This document shows, piece after piece, positions 19,164-27,562 of a stretch of DNA of 64,000 nt. This DNA comes from Caldilineaceae bacterium. Its GTDB lineage: Bacteria > Chloroflexota > Anaerolineae > Caldilineales > Caldilineaceae. A model generated the notes under the pieces. It was not told where the DNA came from and did not search any database. It worked only from the letters and a program-made list of their open reading frames with translations. Position numbers and translations under genes: made by a program. Positions within the stretch are counted from its first letter, which is position 1; each line of letters begins with the position of its first letter. The stretch spans positions 490-64,489 of the forward strand of contig JALSIX010000077.1 of assembly GCA_026989655.1 (NCBI GenBank), read 5' to 3'.

Positions 19164-20147
19164 ATGTCCCGAGCCGCTTCCCTGACCACCCTCTGGCGCA
19201 TCCTGCGGGAGGTGGACCTGGAGGCAATCCGCCAGGAGGCGGTGCGCCCCTTCCGCCTGGCCATCACCGGCGACGATCCCCGGGCCAACGAACATCTGGC
19301 CCGGCTCCTCACCGACCCCGAGACGGCCTCCCTGATCCACCCCTGGATCCGGGTGGTGCCTCCCGACCAGGTCCTGGCCCACGACATCCCGGCGGACCTG
19401 GTCCTGGTGCTGCTCCACCGGGCCCCGACGCCCGACGACCTGGAGGAGCTCTGGAGAAGGCTGGGCCGAGTCCAGATGCCGAGGTTGGTGGTCCTCGTGG
19501 GCTCCGGGACGCCGCCGGCCCCCACCCCGCCGATGCCCCAGGACGGGAAGACCCGCTGGGTGGCCGTTCCCCAGGTGGACCGGAACGCGGTGGAAGGCCC
19601 CCTGGCCCAGGCCCTGATACAGACGGCCCCGCCCCACCTGCTCCTCTCCCTGGCCCGTCACCTGGCTGGCCTGCGCCCGGCGGTGTTCCAACACCTGATC
19701 CAGGAGACGGCCCAGGCCAATGCGACCTTTGCCTTCAGCACCGGGATCGCCGAGGTGGTGCCCCTCCTCAACGTCCCCTTGAACGTGGGCGACACCCTGG
19801 TGCTGACCAAGAACCAACTGGTCATGGCCTACAAGCTGGCCCTGGCCGCCGGGAAATCCGGCTCGCCCCGGGAACTCATCGGCGAGATCCTGGGCGTCCT
19901 GGGAGGGGGCTTCCTCTTCCGCCAGATCGCTCGAGAGCTGGTGGGGCTGGTGCCCGTGTGGGGGGTGTTGCCCAAGACGGCCGTGGCCTATGCCGGCACC
20001 TGGGCCATCGGCCAGGCCGTCCTCCACTGGGCCACCGAGGGGGCACCACTTCCCCGGGAACAGCTCCACCGGCTCTACCAGGAGGCCCTGGAGCGTGGGC
20101 GGGCCGCGGCCCAGGCCTTGGCCCAGAGAGTTCGATCCCGGAGATGA
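19164..20147 (+). CDS. Hypothetical protein: degenerate GTPase-like N-terminal half plus DUF697-like C-terminal half
   Basis: ORF 19164..20147 has strong GC3 codon bias. The C-terminal half (ANATFAFSTGIAEVVPLLNVPLNVGDTLVLTKNQLVMAYKLALAAGK...GLVPVWGVLPKTAVAYAGTWAIGQAV) resembles DUF697. The N-terminal half has LAITGDDPRANE where a P-loop would be expected. Confidence 0.65.
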   Translation: MSRAASLTTLWRILREVDLEAIRQEAVRPFRLAITGDDPRANEHLARLLTDPETASLIHPWIRVVPPDQVLAHDIPADLVLVLLHRAPTPDDLEELWRRLGRVQMPRLVVLVGSGTPPAPTPPMPQDGKTRWVAVPQVDRNAVEGPLAQALIQTAPPHLLLSLARHLAGLRPAVFQHLIQETAQANATFAFSTGIAEVVPLLNVPLNVGDTLVLTKNQLVMAYKLALAAGKSGSPRELIGEILGVLGGGFLFRQIARELVGLVPVWGVLPKTAVAYAGTWAIGQAVLHWATEGAPLPREQLHRLYQEALERGRAAAQALAQRVRSRR

Positions 20148-20343
20148 ATCCGAGGGCCGCGTCGGCGGTGCGGACGGTTGGGCTGGAAAGCCCCCATGGA
20201 TCCCAGGGCATCATGGCCCATAGGGGCCACCGCCTCTATGCCATTTGGCTGAATCAAGTTCGGGAATGTGGCCGATATGCTCCATAGAGGACCCTTGCGC
20301 TGGACCATAGGGTCGGACCGTTCGCTGGATCCACGCAGCCTGT

Positions 20344-20363
20344 GGCAGGCAGGCCTGCCTTTT
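20344..20363 (+). terminator. Weak candidate intrinsic terminator (GGCAGG-CAGG-CCTGCC-TTTT)
   Basis: A 6-bp GC stem followed by a T-tract, about 200 nt after the 19164..20147 stop and 19 nt before the next ATG. Confidence 0.3.
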
Positions 20364-20381
20364 CATACAGGGATACCGACC

Positions 20382-21278
20382 ATGACGGTGGAAGCCATCT
20401 CCTCCAGCCACGACAACAACCGTACCAGCCTGCAGGCCTGGGCGGCCTACTCTGCCCGGGTGACGGTGAAGCTGAAGAGCGACGCGGATCGGATGGCCGG
20501 AACCCCCACCCGCCAGGTCACCCTGGAGAGCCAGGCCGCGGGCCCACGGACGGAGAGCCTGCACGCCAGCTGCGCCTACGACGCCTGCGCGCAGGGCGGC
20601 CTGGGCTCCTCCGGCGCCCTGATGGGCAAGGCCACCATCGTCCAGGTCAAGCTCAACGGCGAGCTGAGCCCGGAGGAGAAGCGCCTGCTGGAGGAGCTAC
20701 GACGACGGGATGCCCAGGTCCGCCGCCACGAACAGGCCCACCTGGCCGCCGCAGGCCGCTGGGCCCTGGGCCCTCCCCGCTACACCTACCAGATCGGGCC
20801 GGACGGACAACGCTACGCGATCGGCGGCGAGGTCCGCATCGACCTCTCGCCCGTGCCCGGAGATCCGGAGACCACCCTGCGCAAGGCCCGCCAGATCCAA
20901 CAGGCCGCCCTGGCCCCCATCGACCCCTCGGCCGCAGACCGGCAGGTGGCCATGCAGGCGGCCGAGATGGCCCAGGAGGCCCTGCGCCAGATCCAACAGG
21001 AACGACTGGAGAGGATGCGGTCCCAACGGGAAAAGGTCCAGGAACCCCAGGGCGAAGAGGAACCAGGCCCCGAGATCGCACCGGCCTCCGAGGATCCCTC
21101 CACGGTCCCGGAGACCCACGCCGGGGTCGATGGCCCGTCCGAGCCCGAGGAGGTCACGTCCGGGGAGCTCATCGGCACCGCCTTCCCCCGTGGAGAGCAG
21201 GCCCTCCGGCAAGAGCCCCACACTCCTCGCCCGGCCACCTCCCCGCAAAACCTGTCCTCGGTGGACGTGTACATCTGA
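20382..21278 (+). CDS. SprA-related family protein (putative HExxH metalloprotease-like)
   Basis: ORF 20268..21278 trimmed to ATG 20382. Core: EEKRLLEELRRRDAQVRRHEQAHLAAAGRWALGPPRYTYQIGPDGQRYAIGGEVRIDL. This matches the SprA-related (PF12118-type) pattern from memory. The C-terminus is an acidic, Pro-rich tail. Confidence 0.7.
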   Translation: MTVEAISSSHDNNRTSLQAWAAYSARVTVKLKSDADRMAGTPTRQVTLESQAAGPRTESLHASCAYDACAQGGLGSSGALMGKATIVQVKLNGELSPEEKRLLEELRRRDAQVRRHEQAHLAAAGRWALGPPRYTYQIGPDGQRYAIGGEVRIDLSPVPGDPETTLRKARQIQQAALAPIDPSAADRQVAMQAAEMAQEALRQIQQERLERMRSQREKVQEPQGEEEPGPEIAPASEDPSTVPETHAGVDGPSEPEEVTSGELIGTAFPRGEQALRQEPHTPRPATSPQNLSSVDVYI

Positions 21279-21479
21279 TCCCCCGTCCCCCTCATCCGGG
21301 CAGTCTCGGGTGGGGGGGACTCCGGAGACCCCCCTCTGCTGTGTCTCCCGGCGCCCGCAAGGGCATCTCTCGCCATGGCCGGGCTCGGCAGACCCAAGGC
21401 CTGCCTCCCCCCAACAGAGGAGGAGCCCCCACCTCACCGACGATATCTGAAATCTGGGGCATGGCCCGTCCGTAGGGTG

Positions 21480-21602
21480 AAATTCAGCAATTCACGATTT
21501 TAGCCAAACGGAGGAGTGAGCATCCTCAGATGCGGCATCGCCCCTCCGGAATCGGTATCTGAGGATGCCGACTCCGCTACGAATTCGTGAACTGCTGAAA
21601 TT
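21480..21602. repeat. Nested imperfect palindrome (about 123 nt, lower GC) upstream of yihY
   Basis: Outer arms 21480-21497 (AAATTCAGCAATTCACGA) and 21585-21602 are 16/18 complementary. Inner arms 21520-21531 (GCATCCTCAGAT) and 21557-21568 (ATCTGAGGATGC) are 12/12 complementary. An extra CGGAG/CTCCG pairing lies between them. Confidence 0.8.
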
Positions 21603-21629
21603 GTCTCCCCGGGGCTTCAGGGCTATACT
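21601..21629 (+). promoter_or_regulatory. Candidate promoter TTGTCT-17nt-TATACT giving a leaderless yihY mRNA
   Basis: TTGTCT at 21601-21606 and TATACT at 21624-21629, with ATG 21637 only 7 nt downstream. The -35 overlaps the right arm of the palindrome. Confidence 0.45.
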
Positions 21630-21636
21630 GAGGCCG

Positions 21637-22434
21637 ATGGGATTTCTGCGGCGCCTCTGGACCAAGTACCTGCAGGACGAGATCGGCACCCGGGCGGCAG
21701 CCCTGGCCTACTACGCCCTCTTCTCCTTCTTTCCCCTGCTGCTCCTGGTGATCGGTCTGGGCGGCTACATTCTGGGCGATCCCCGGATCCAACAGGAGGC
21801 CGTCGCGGGCCTGGTCCGCTACATCCCGGCCCAGGGAGAGCTGCTGGACCCGATCCTCCAGCAGGTCATCCAGGCCCGGGGACGGTTCAGCCTCATCGGC
21901 ACCCTGACCCTGCTCTGGGCGGCCTCCAGCTACTTCAGCTCCCTCTACGGCGCCATCCACCGCATCTTCGACGGCAGCCGTCTCCGGGCCGGCTGGAAGA
22001 TCCGCGTGTACGCCCTGTGGATCACCCTGTTCACCGCCCCTCTGCTGGTGATGCCCACCCTCCTGACCGCCCTGAGCGCCCCTCGGATCCGGCACCTGCC
22101 CCTGCCCGCTCCAATGATCGACCTCATCGACGCCGGCCTGCACCAGGCCTTGGCCCTGCTCCTGGCCGTGGTCGTTCTCTACCTCTACTTTCGACACATT
22201 CCCCTGCGGCGCCCTCCCGCCCTGAGCGCCGCCATCGGGGCCTCCACCGCGGCCCTCCTGTGGACGGGGCTGAACGTGGGCTTTGCCTGGTACCTGAAGA
22301 GCGGCCTGGTCCAGTACAACCTGGTGTACGGCTCCATCGCCTCGGTGATCGCGCTGGTGCTGTGGCTCTACCTCAGCAGCCTGAGCATCCTGGTCGGGGC
22401 CGAGGTGGCCGCGATCCTGGCCCACATGCCCTGA
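21637..22434 (+). CDS. yihY: YihY/BrkB-family inner membrane protein
   Basis: ORF 21565..22434 trimmed to ATG 21637. Contains RAAALAYYALFSFFPLLLLVIGLGGYIL, LLWAASSYFSSLYGAIHRIF, YGSIASVIALVLWLYLSSLSILVGAEV. Confidence 0.85.
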   Translation: MGFLRRLWTKYLQDEIGTRAAALAYYALFSFFPLLLLVIGLGGYILGDPRIQQEAVAGLVRYIPAQGELLDPILQQVIQARGRFSLIGTLTLLWAASSYFSSLYGAIHRIFDGSRLRAGWKIRVYALWITLFTAPLLVMPTLLTALSAPRIRHLPLPAPMIDLIDAGLHQALALLLAVVVLYLYFRHIPLRRPPALSAAIGASTAALLWTGLNVGFAWYLKSGLVQYNLVYGSIASVIALVLWLYLSSLSILVGAEVAAILAHMP

Positions 22435-22845
22435 GCGGCTGGAGACCCTCCGCCCCACCCAGGTTCCATCCCCTCCCGCCCCATCCCGCGGCCGATCGCC
22501 GGAGACCTACGCCAAATGGCGTATCGCCAGGGCCGAACATCCGCAACGGACCGTGGGACAATGCGCCATGTTGCAGATGAAGTGGTCGTTATCTGACGGT
22601 ATGATGATGGAGAGTGGAGGACAGGCCCGTTCCCCGGCAACATGCCCCCGCCACCGGAAGGTGTTGCCGGGACCGAGGACCGGGGTGCAGCCCCCTATTC
22701 GGGACCACCGGGCATCGTCAGCCTATTCCGGGAGAGGCTCGGCCAGGATACGGATCTCCGCCGGGCGGCACGGGTTCGATACCTTCTGGTGGAGCTGCGC
22801 TCCCTGCCACCCACACGCCTTCGGGCACACGAGGGACAGATCGCC

Positions 22846-23298
22846 ATGCTAGGACTAGGTTGGCTCGCTGCGGGAGAGATGGGACGGCTGCGCCGGCGTG
22901 CCCTGGGTCTTCTCGGGGCCCTGCTCCTGCTCGTCCTCGTAGGGGCTCCCATGGCCGAGTCCCAGGACACGGTGACCATCGTGGGCGAGGTCTACCTGGA
23001 TGCCAACGGGAACCGGGTTCGAGATCCGGACGAGCCCGGCATCCCCGGGGCCGCGATCCAGGTCTACGCGGCCGACGGGGCACAACTCCTCACAGCCCAC
23101 TCGGATCAGGAGGGATACTACGTGATCGGGGGGCTGCCCCACTCCAACTACACCCTGGTGGTACAGCCGCCCTGGGGCTACGTGGTCCTGGACAACGGCA
23201 CCACCGTCTATCGGACCGCGGAGGTCCAGGGTCCCGTGCTGGTCTCCACCCCTCTCAGCCAGGGTCACTTCCTCTTCCTGCCCTTGGTCGCCCAGTGA
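22846..23298 (+). CDS. Small secreted protein with one SdrD-B/Cna-B-like (carboxypeptidase-regulatory-like) fold domain
   Basis: ORF 22642..23298 trimmed to ATG 22846 (GAGGGA lies 9 nt upstream); alternative start at 22879. Signal peptide RRRALGLLGALLLLVLVGAPMAES. Domain segment GEVYLDANGNRVRDPDEPGIPGAAIQVYAADG...DQEGYYVIGGLPHSNYTLVV. Confidence 0.7.
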   Translation: MLGLGWLAAGEMGRLRRRALGLLGALLLLVLVGAPMAESQDTVTIVGEVYLDANGNRVRDPDEPGIPGAAIQVYAADGAQLLTAHSDQEGYYVIGGLPHSNYTLVVQPPWGYVVLDNGTTVYRTAEVQGPVLVSTPLSQGHFLFLPLVAQ

Positions 23299-23325
23299 TT
23301 CCATCCTCCGAGCCACCGCACACTC

Positions 23326-23353
23326 GGGGGAGGGGCGTTTAACGCTCCTCCCC
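23326..23353. terminator. GC-rich hairpin between convergent genes (candidate bidirectional terminator)
   Basis: GGGGGAGGGGCG-TTTAA-CGCTCCTCCCC, an 11-bp stem with one wobble pair, followed by TTGTT. Confidence 0.5.
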
Positions 23354-23427
23354 TTGTTCGCGTGCCCGCCAGGAGGGCCGGCGGGGTGTGTCCCTCTGGG
23401 AGGCGGCCTTGCCCGGCCGGGCTCCCT

Positions 23428-24276
23428 TCAGGCCTGCTCCACGACGAAGACCAGCTCGCTGGCGAACTCCCGCTCCCACCGAACGCGCCACCCAACAGGC
23501 AACATGTCGGGAAGGCGATCCCGATAGTGGCGAGGCATGCCCTTGACACGCCCCCCCAGGGAGTGGACTGGGAAGGAGATCACCACATGGCGGGCCTGCA
23601 GGGACGCCAGCACCTGGCGAGGCGCGGTGGGCTCCAGCCGCTCCAGACAGGGCAGGACCTTCAGGACCAGGGCCACGTCCACCGGCTGGGACGGAGGTTG
23701 ATGGATCACGTCGCACACAAAGGCCTGCCCTGGCACCTCCACCAGGGCGAGGAAACGGTTGAGAAAGTCGATCTGGTCCTGGAAGAGATCGCAGGCCAGG
23801 TAGGTGGTGGTGGGCGCCAACCCCATCCAGGGAATGGCCAGAGGGTTGAGGCCACAGGCCAGATCCAGGATCGAGGTCACCGGGGGGAGTGCCTGGAAGA
23901 GGGCCGGGTAGAAGAGATCCAGGATGGGGAGGCGTTCCCGGGTGGAGGTGTGGGCACCCATCACCCGGCGCAGGGCGGCGCGCCACCCGGGCCCGTCGCC
24001 GCTCTGGTAGGCCTGGGCCATCTGGTCCAGCCAGGCAGCGTACTCCATCCGGGGTGCCAGATAGGCGGCTGCGCTCTGGTGCAGGCGGTTCTTCACGGCC
24101 TTGGCCGCGGCCTTGACGGAACGCCCCTTGTCCAGCTCCTGTTGGGCCAGGGCTGCCACCAGGTGGACATCCAGGGTGCGGTACTTCCGGCTGGCCCGGA
24201 CGGCCCGGACCACGGTCTGGACCGACGGTGGAAGCCCCTCTGGGAGCTCGGACTCGGCCCTGGAGAGCGCTGCCAT
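23428..24276 (-). CDS. 16S rRNA (guanine1405-N7)-methyltransferase family protein (FmrO/Kgm/Rmt/Arm type)
   Basis: ORF 23428..24441 trimmed to ATG 24276. Blocks parallel RmtB as I recall it: ASRKYRTL, NRLHQSAAAY, HTSTRERL, ILDLACGLNPLA, LVLKVLPCLERL, VISFPVHSLGGRVKGM. The ATG lies 2 nt after the smpB stop. Confidence 0.85.
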   Translation of the reverse strand: MAALSRAESELPEGLPPSVQTVVRAVRASRKYRTLDVHLVAALAQQELDKGRSVKAAAKAVKNRLHQSAAAYLAPRMEYAAWLDQMAQAYQSGDGPGWRAALRRVMGAHTSTRERLPILDLFYPALFQALPPVTSILDLACGLNPLAIPWMGLAPTTTYLACDLFQDQIDFLNRFLALVEVPGQAFVCDVIHQPPSQPVDVALVLKVLPCLERLEPTAPRQVLASLQARHVVISFPVHSLGGRVKGMPRHYRDRLPDMLPVGWRVRWEREFASELVFVVEQA

Positions 24277-24278
24277 CC

Positions 24279-24770
24279 TCAGAGGTACCGTTCCTTCAGC
24301 GCCCGCTCCATCTCGCGGCGGGCATCTCGCTCGGCGATGGCCGCCCGCTTGTCGTACTTGCGCTTGCCCCGAGCCAGCCCGATCTCCACCTTGGCCAGGC
24401 CCCGGGGCGTGATGTACATCCGCAGGGGCACGATGGTCCACCCCCGTTGGGTCACCGCGCCGTGGAGGCGCTGGATCTCGTGGCGGTGCAACAGCAGCTT
24501 TCGGGGCCGGGTCTCCTCGTGGTTCTGGCGGTTGCCGTGACGATAGGGCGCGATGTGTACGTTCATCAGCCAGGCCTCGCCGTCCCGGATGAGGACAAAG
24601 CCATCCCGGAGGTTGACCCGCCCCTCCCGAACGGACTTGATCTCCGTGCCTGTCAGCGCGATACCGGCCTCCAGGGTCTCCTGGATGAAGTAGTCGTGGT
24701 AGGCCTTGCGATTGGTGGCCACCGTGCGCTCGCCCGGTGGTCGGTCGCCCTTTCTCCGCTTTCCCGCCAT
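24279..24770 (-). CDS. smpB: SsrA-binding protein SmpB
   Basis: ORF 24279..24770 contains NRKAYHDYFIQETLEAGIALTGTEIKSVREGRVNLRDGF and RPRKLLLHRHEI. Confidence 0.95.
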   Translation of the reverse strand: MAGKRRKGDRPPGERTVATNRKAYHDYFIQETLEAGIALTGTEIKSVREGRVNLRDGFVLIRDGEAWLMNVHIAPYRHGNRQNHEETRPRKLLLHRHEIQRLHGAVTQRGWTIVPLRMYITPRGLAKVEIGLARGKRKYDKRAAIAERDARREMERALKERYL

Positions 24771-24853
24771 GGGCCCCTCGTCTCAGGTTCTCCGCCGGTC
24801 CTCCCGGAAAGCAGGGCCAGGGCCTGCTGTGGCCCGTGGCCGAACGGGAGGGC

Positions 24854-26176
24854 TCACTGCCCCCGCTCCAGGAGCTCGATGGCCCGTTCCAGTTGGATGT
24901 CCGGTACCTCCTCCGGGCCCTCGGCCAGGGGCTCCACCACGATGTCCGGCTCCAGTCCCTGGCCGTCGATGGACCGCCCTGCAGGGGTGAACCACCGGGC
25001 GATGGTCACCCGCAGAAGGCTGCCATCGCTGAGCCGATGGGGAAGCTGGACACTGCCCTTGCCGAAGGTCTTGGTCCCCACCAGCACGGCCCGGCCCGCG
25101 TCCTGCAGCGCGCCGGCCACGATCTCCGCCGCGCTGGCGGTGGCCTCGTCCACCAACACCACCATGGGGATCCCCTCGGGCAGGAGCGCGCGCCCTTCGG
25201 TCCGGTGGATCTCCTCCCGGCCGTCGCTGAAGCGCTCGATGAGGACCACCTGATCCTCCAGGAAGACGCTGGCCACCAGCTTGGCCTCCCGGAGCAGGCC
25301 TCCTGGGTTGCCCCGCAGATCGAAGACGAGCCCCCGAGGGTCGTCCTCCAAAAGCTGTTCCACTGCGTCTCGAACCTTGCGGCCCGCGCCCTCGGAGAAC
25401 CGGCTCAGCCGGATGTAGGCGATGTCCTGGTCCGTGCCCACCATCTCCGTGGAGGTGATGGGGATCTCGATGACATCCCGCACCACCACCACGTCGAAGG
25501 ACTCCGGCATCCCGGGGCGCAGGATGGTGAGCACCACCTTGGAGCCCTTGGGCCCTTTGATCTTGCTGATCGCGACCTGGAGGTCGCCCATCTCCGAGAC
25601 GGGCTCGCCGTCCACCGCGATGATCAGGTCGCCACGGCGCAGGCCGGCCCGCCAGGCCGGCTGATCCGGGAAGGGCTCCACGATGCGCACCGCCTTCAGG
25701 TCCTCGTCCCATTCCACGGTGGCCCCAATGCCCTCGTAGTTCCCCTCCATGCTGTCCATGAAGCTCTGGGCCTGTTCCGGGGTGAGAAAACCGGTGTTGG
25801 GGTCGTCCAGCGTGTCGATCACACCCCGGATCGCGCCGTAGACCCGCTCCCGCTTGGGGGGCATCTCGCCGTAGAAGTTCTGCTCCAGCAGCTCCATGGC
25901 CTCCCAGAAGACGGCCATGTCCTCCGGGCGCAGACGGCGTTCCTCCGCGTCTGCCCCTTCTTCGTCGATGCCCGAGGGCAATCCCGCCGAAGGGAACTCC
26001 TGGGCCGCAGCGGTCCAACGCCCCAGGAAGAAACCGGCCGCGGTACCCACAGAGAAGGCCACCAGGGCGACGAAGAGCACGCCCACCACCAGCCACATCA
26101 GATGGTTCAGCCGGATGGGGCCCGCGGTCGAGGCCGTGGACGGAGCAGGGGATGGGGTTGTGGAAGATGATCGCAT
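24854..26176 (-). CDS. ctpA: Carboxy-terminal processing peptidase (S41 family, PDZ domain)
   Basis: ORF 24854..26350 trimmed to ATG 26176, which is followed by a TM anchor (LMWLVVGVLFVALVAF). PDZ segment AGLRRGDLIIAVDGEPV. S41 blocks: VFDLRGNPGGLL, VVLVDEATASAAEIVAGALQD, GTKTFGKGSVQ. Confidence 0.9.
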   Translation of the reverse strand: MRSSSTTPSPAPSTASTAGPIRLNHLMWLVVGVLFVALVAFSVGTAAGFFLGRWTAAAQEFPSAGLPSGIDEEGADAEERRLRPEDMAVFWEAMELLEQNFYGEMPPKRERVYGAIRGVIDTLDDPNTGFLTPEQAQSFMDSMEGNYEGIGATVEWDEDLKAVRIVEPFPDQPAWRAGLRRGDLIIAVDGEPVSEMGDLQVAISKIKGPKGSKVVLTILRPGMPESFDVVVVRDVIEIPITSTEMVGTDQDIAYIRLSRFSEGAGRKVRDAVEQLLEDDPRGLVFDLRGNPGGLLREAKLVASVFLEDQVVLIERFSDGREEIHRTEGRALLPEGIPMVVLVDEATASAAEIVAGALQDAGRAVLVGTKTFGKGSVQLPHRLSDGSLLRVTIARWFTPAGRSIDGQGLEPDIVVEPLAEGPEEVPDIQLERAIELLERGQ

Positions 26177-26387
26177 GGCACACACCTGAGCAAAGGGATG
26201 TTCTGGGAGTCCAGGCACGGGCTGTGCTCCCATTGTACCACAGCCGACCGGTTTTGGACGTAGCCCGGAAACCCTTCTCCCAGGCGGGAGATCCCCCCTG
26301 AAACCTGTCCCCCCATCGCGCCGTCCCTTGCCGACGACGGTGGACGACATCCGGGTACAGGCCCTACGTGGAGAAAGGCCCCGGCTA

Positions 26388-26396
26388 TGCTACAAT
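26388..26396 (+). promoter_or_regulatory. Candidate extended -10 element (TGcTACAAT) upstream of mnmA
   Basis: TG at 26388-26389 and TACAAT at 26391-26396, 55 nt before ATG 26451. Confidence 0.35.
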
Positions 26397-26450
26397 GGAC
26401 ACGGGTGCGCGTTCCGTAGAGGGTATGGAAGATCCGTTGGATACCCGACC

Positions 26451-27560
26451 ATGACCGTCCAGACGCTCCGTCCTCCCCAGGAGACCACCGTGGTGGTGGC
26501 CATGAGCGGCGGCGTGGACAGCTCCGTCGCGGCAGCCCTGCTGGTGGAACAGGGGTACCACTGCATCGGCATCATGATGCGCCTGTGGGCCGAGGTGGCG
26601 CCCGGCCAGGGCTCTGCCAACCGGTGCTGCACCCTGGAAGGGGTGGAGGACGCCCGACGGGTGGCCGACAGACTGGGCATTCCCTTCTACTACATCAACG
26701 CGGAGAAGCCCTTCAAGCGCCACGTGGTGGACGAGACCTTCATCCAGGGCTACGCGTCCGGGCAGACACCCAACCCCTGCCTGGCCTGCAACCGCCACAT
26801 CCGTTTCGGCTATCTCCTGGGCTACGCCCGGGCCCTGGGCGCGGACTACCTGGCCACCGGCCACTACGCCCGGCTTCGTCGACAGCCGGACGGCTCGGTC
26901 CACCTGCTCAGGGCCGTGGACCCGGCCAAGGACCAGTCCTACGTGCTCAGCGTGCTGGGACAGGAGGAGCTCCGCCAGGTGCTCTTCCCCCTGGGCGAGT
27001 ACACCAAGGAGCAGGTACGGGCCATGGCCGCAGACAGGGGCCTGCCCACGGCCAGCAAGCACGACTCCATGGACCTGTGTTTCGTGGCCGACGACTACCG
27101 ACGCTTCCTGCAGGCCTGGGCCCCGGCCACCATGCAGCCCGGCGAGATCGTGGACCGCCAGGGTCGGGTCCTGGGCCGACACGGAGGGCTGGCCGGCTAC
27201 ACCATCGGCCAACGGAAGGGGCTGGGCATCTCGGGCACGGCCAGGCCTCTCTACGTCCTGGCCCTGGACCCGGAACACAACCGGGTGGTGGTGGGCCCCC
27301 AGGAGGCGCTGGGGCGAGACCGCTTCACCGTGGAGCAGGTCCGCTGGACCCTGGACAGGCCGGTGGCGCCCGGCACCCGGGCCCAGGTCCAGATCCGCTA
27401 TCGGGGTCGCAGCGCGGGCTGTACCCTGGAGCTGGAGAGCCCCGAGCGGGTGCAGGTCCTCCTGGACGAGCCCCTGCGGGACGTGACCCCCGGCCAGGGC
27501 GCGGTCTTCTACGACGGCGAACTGTGTCTCGGCGGTGGGCTCATTGCCCGGGAGAGGTGA
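26451..27560 (+). CDS. mnmA: tRNA-specific 2-thiouridylase MnmA
   Basis: ORF 26328..27560 trimmed to ATG 26451. PP-loop [14 protein letters not shown], then [20 protein letters not shown] and KDQSYVL. Confidence 0.93.
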   Translation: MTVQTLRPPQETTVVVAMSGGVDSSVAAALLVEQGYHCIGIMMRLWAEVAPGQGSANRCCTLEGVEDARRVADRLGIPFYYINAEKPFKRHVVDETFIQGYASGQTPNPCLACNRHIRFGYLLGYARALGADYLATGHYARLRRQPDGSVHLLRAVDPAKDQSYVLSVLGQEELRQVLFPLGEYTKEQVRAMAADRGLPTASKHDSMDLCFVADDYRRFLQAWAPATMQPGEIVDRQGRVLGRHGGLAGYTIGQRKGLGISGTARPLYVLALDPEHNRVVVGPQEALGRDRFTVEQVRWTLDRPVAPGTRAQVQIRYRGRSAGCTLELESPERVQVLLDEPLRDVTPGQGAVFYDGELCLGGGLIARER

Positions 27561-27562
27561 CC

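Noticed and set aside
21565-21636. Upstream ATG giving a 24-aa N-terminal extension of YihY (MPTPLRIRELLKLSPRGFRAILRP)
   Set aside because: The extension would be translated from inside the palindromic element and across the predicted TTGTCT/TATACT promoter. The conserved YihY N-terminus begins near ATG 21637.
22768-22800. tRNA/tmRNA-like fragment: GGGTTCGATACC (T-loop-like) followed by TGGTGGAGCTG, which is the reverse complement of a CAGCTCCACCA acceptor-like end. It lies about 1.5 kb from smpB.
   Set aside because: I could not build complementary T-stem or acceptor-stem pairings around the T-loop-like sequence on either strand, and the two pieces are in incompatible orientation for a tRNA or tmRNA 3' end. 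This is most likely a chance resemblance, and it could still be checked with tRNAscan-SE or ARAGORN.
23428-24276. Possibility that the 16S rRNA methyltransferase marks an acquired resistance island
   Set aside because: No integrase, transposase or IS remnants flank it, composition and codon bias look like the neighbours, and it is translationally coupled to smpB. It is more consistent with a native gene.
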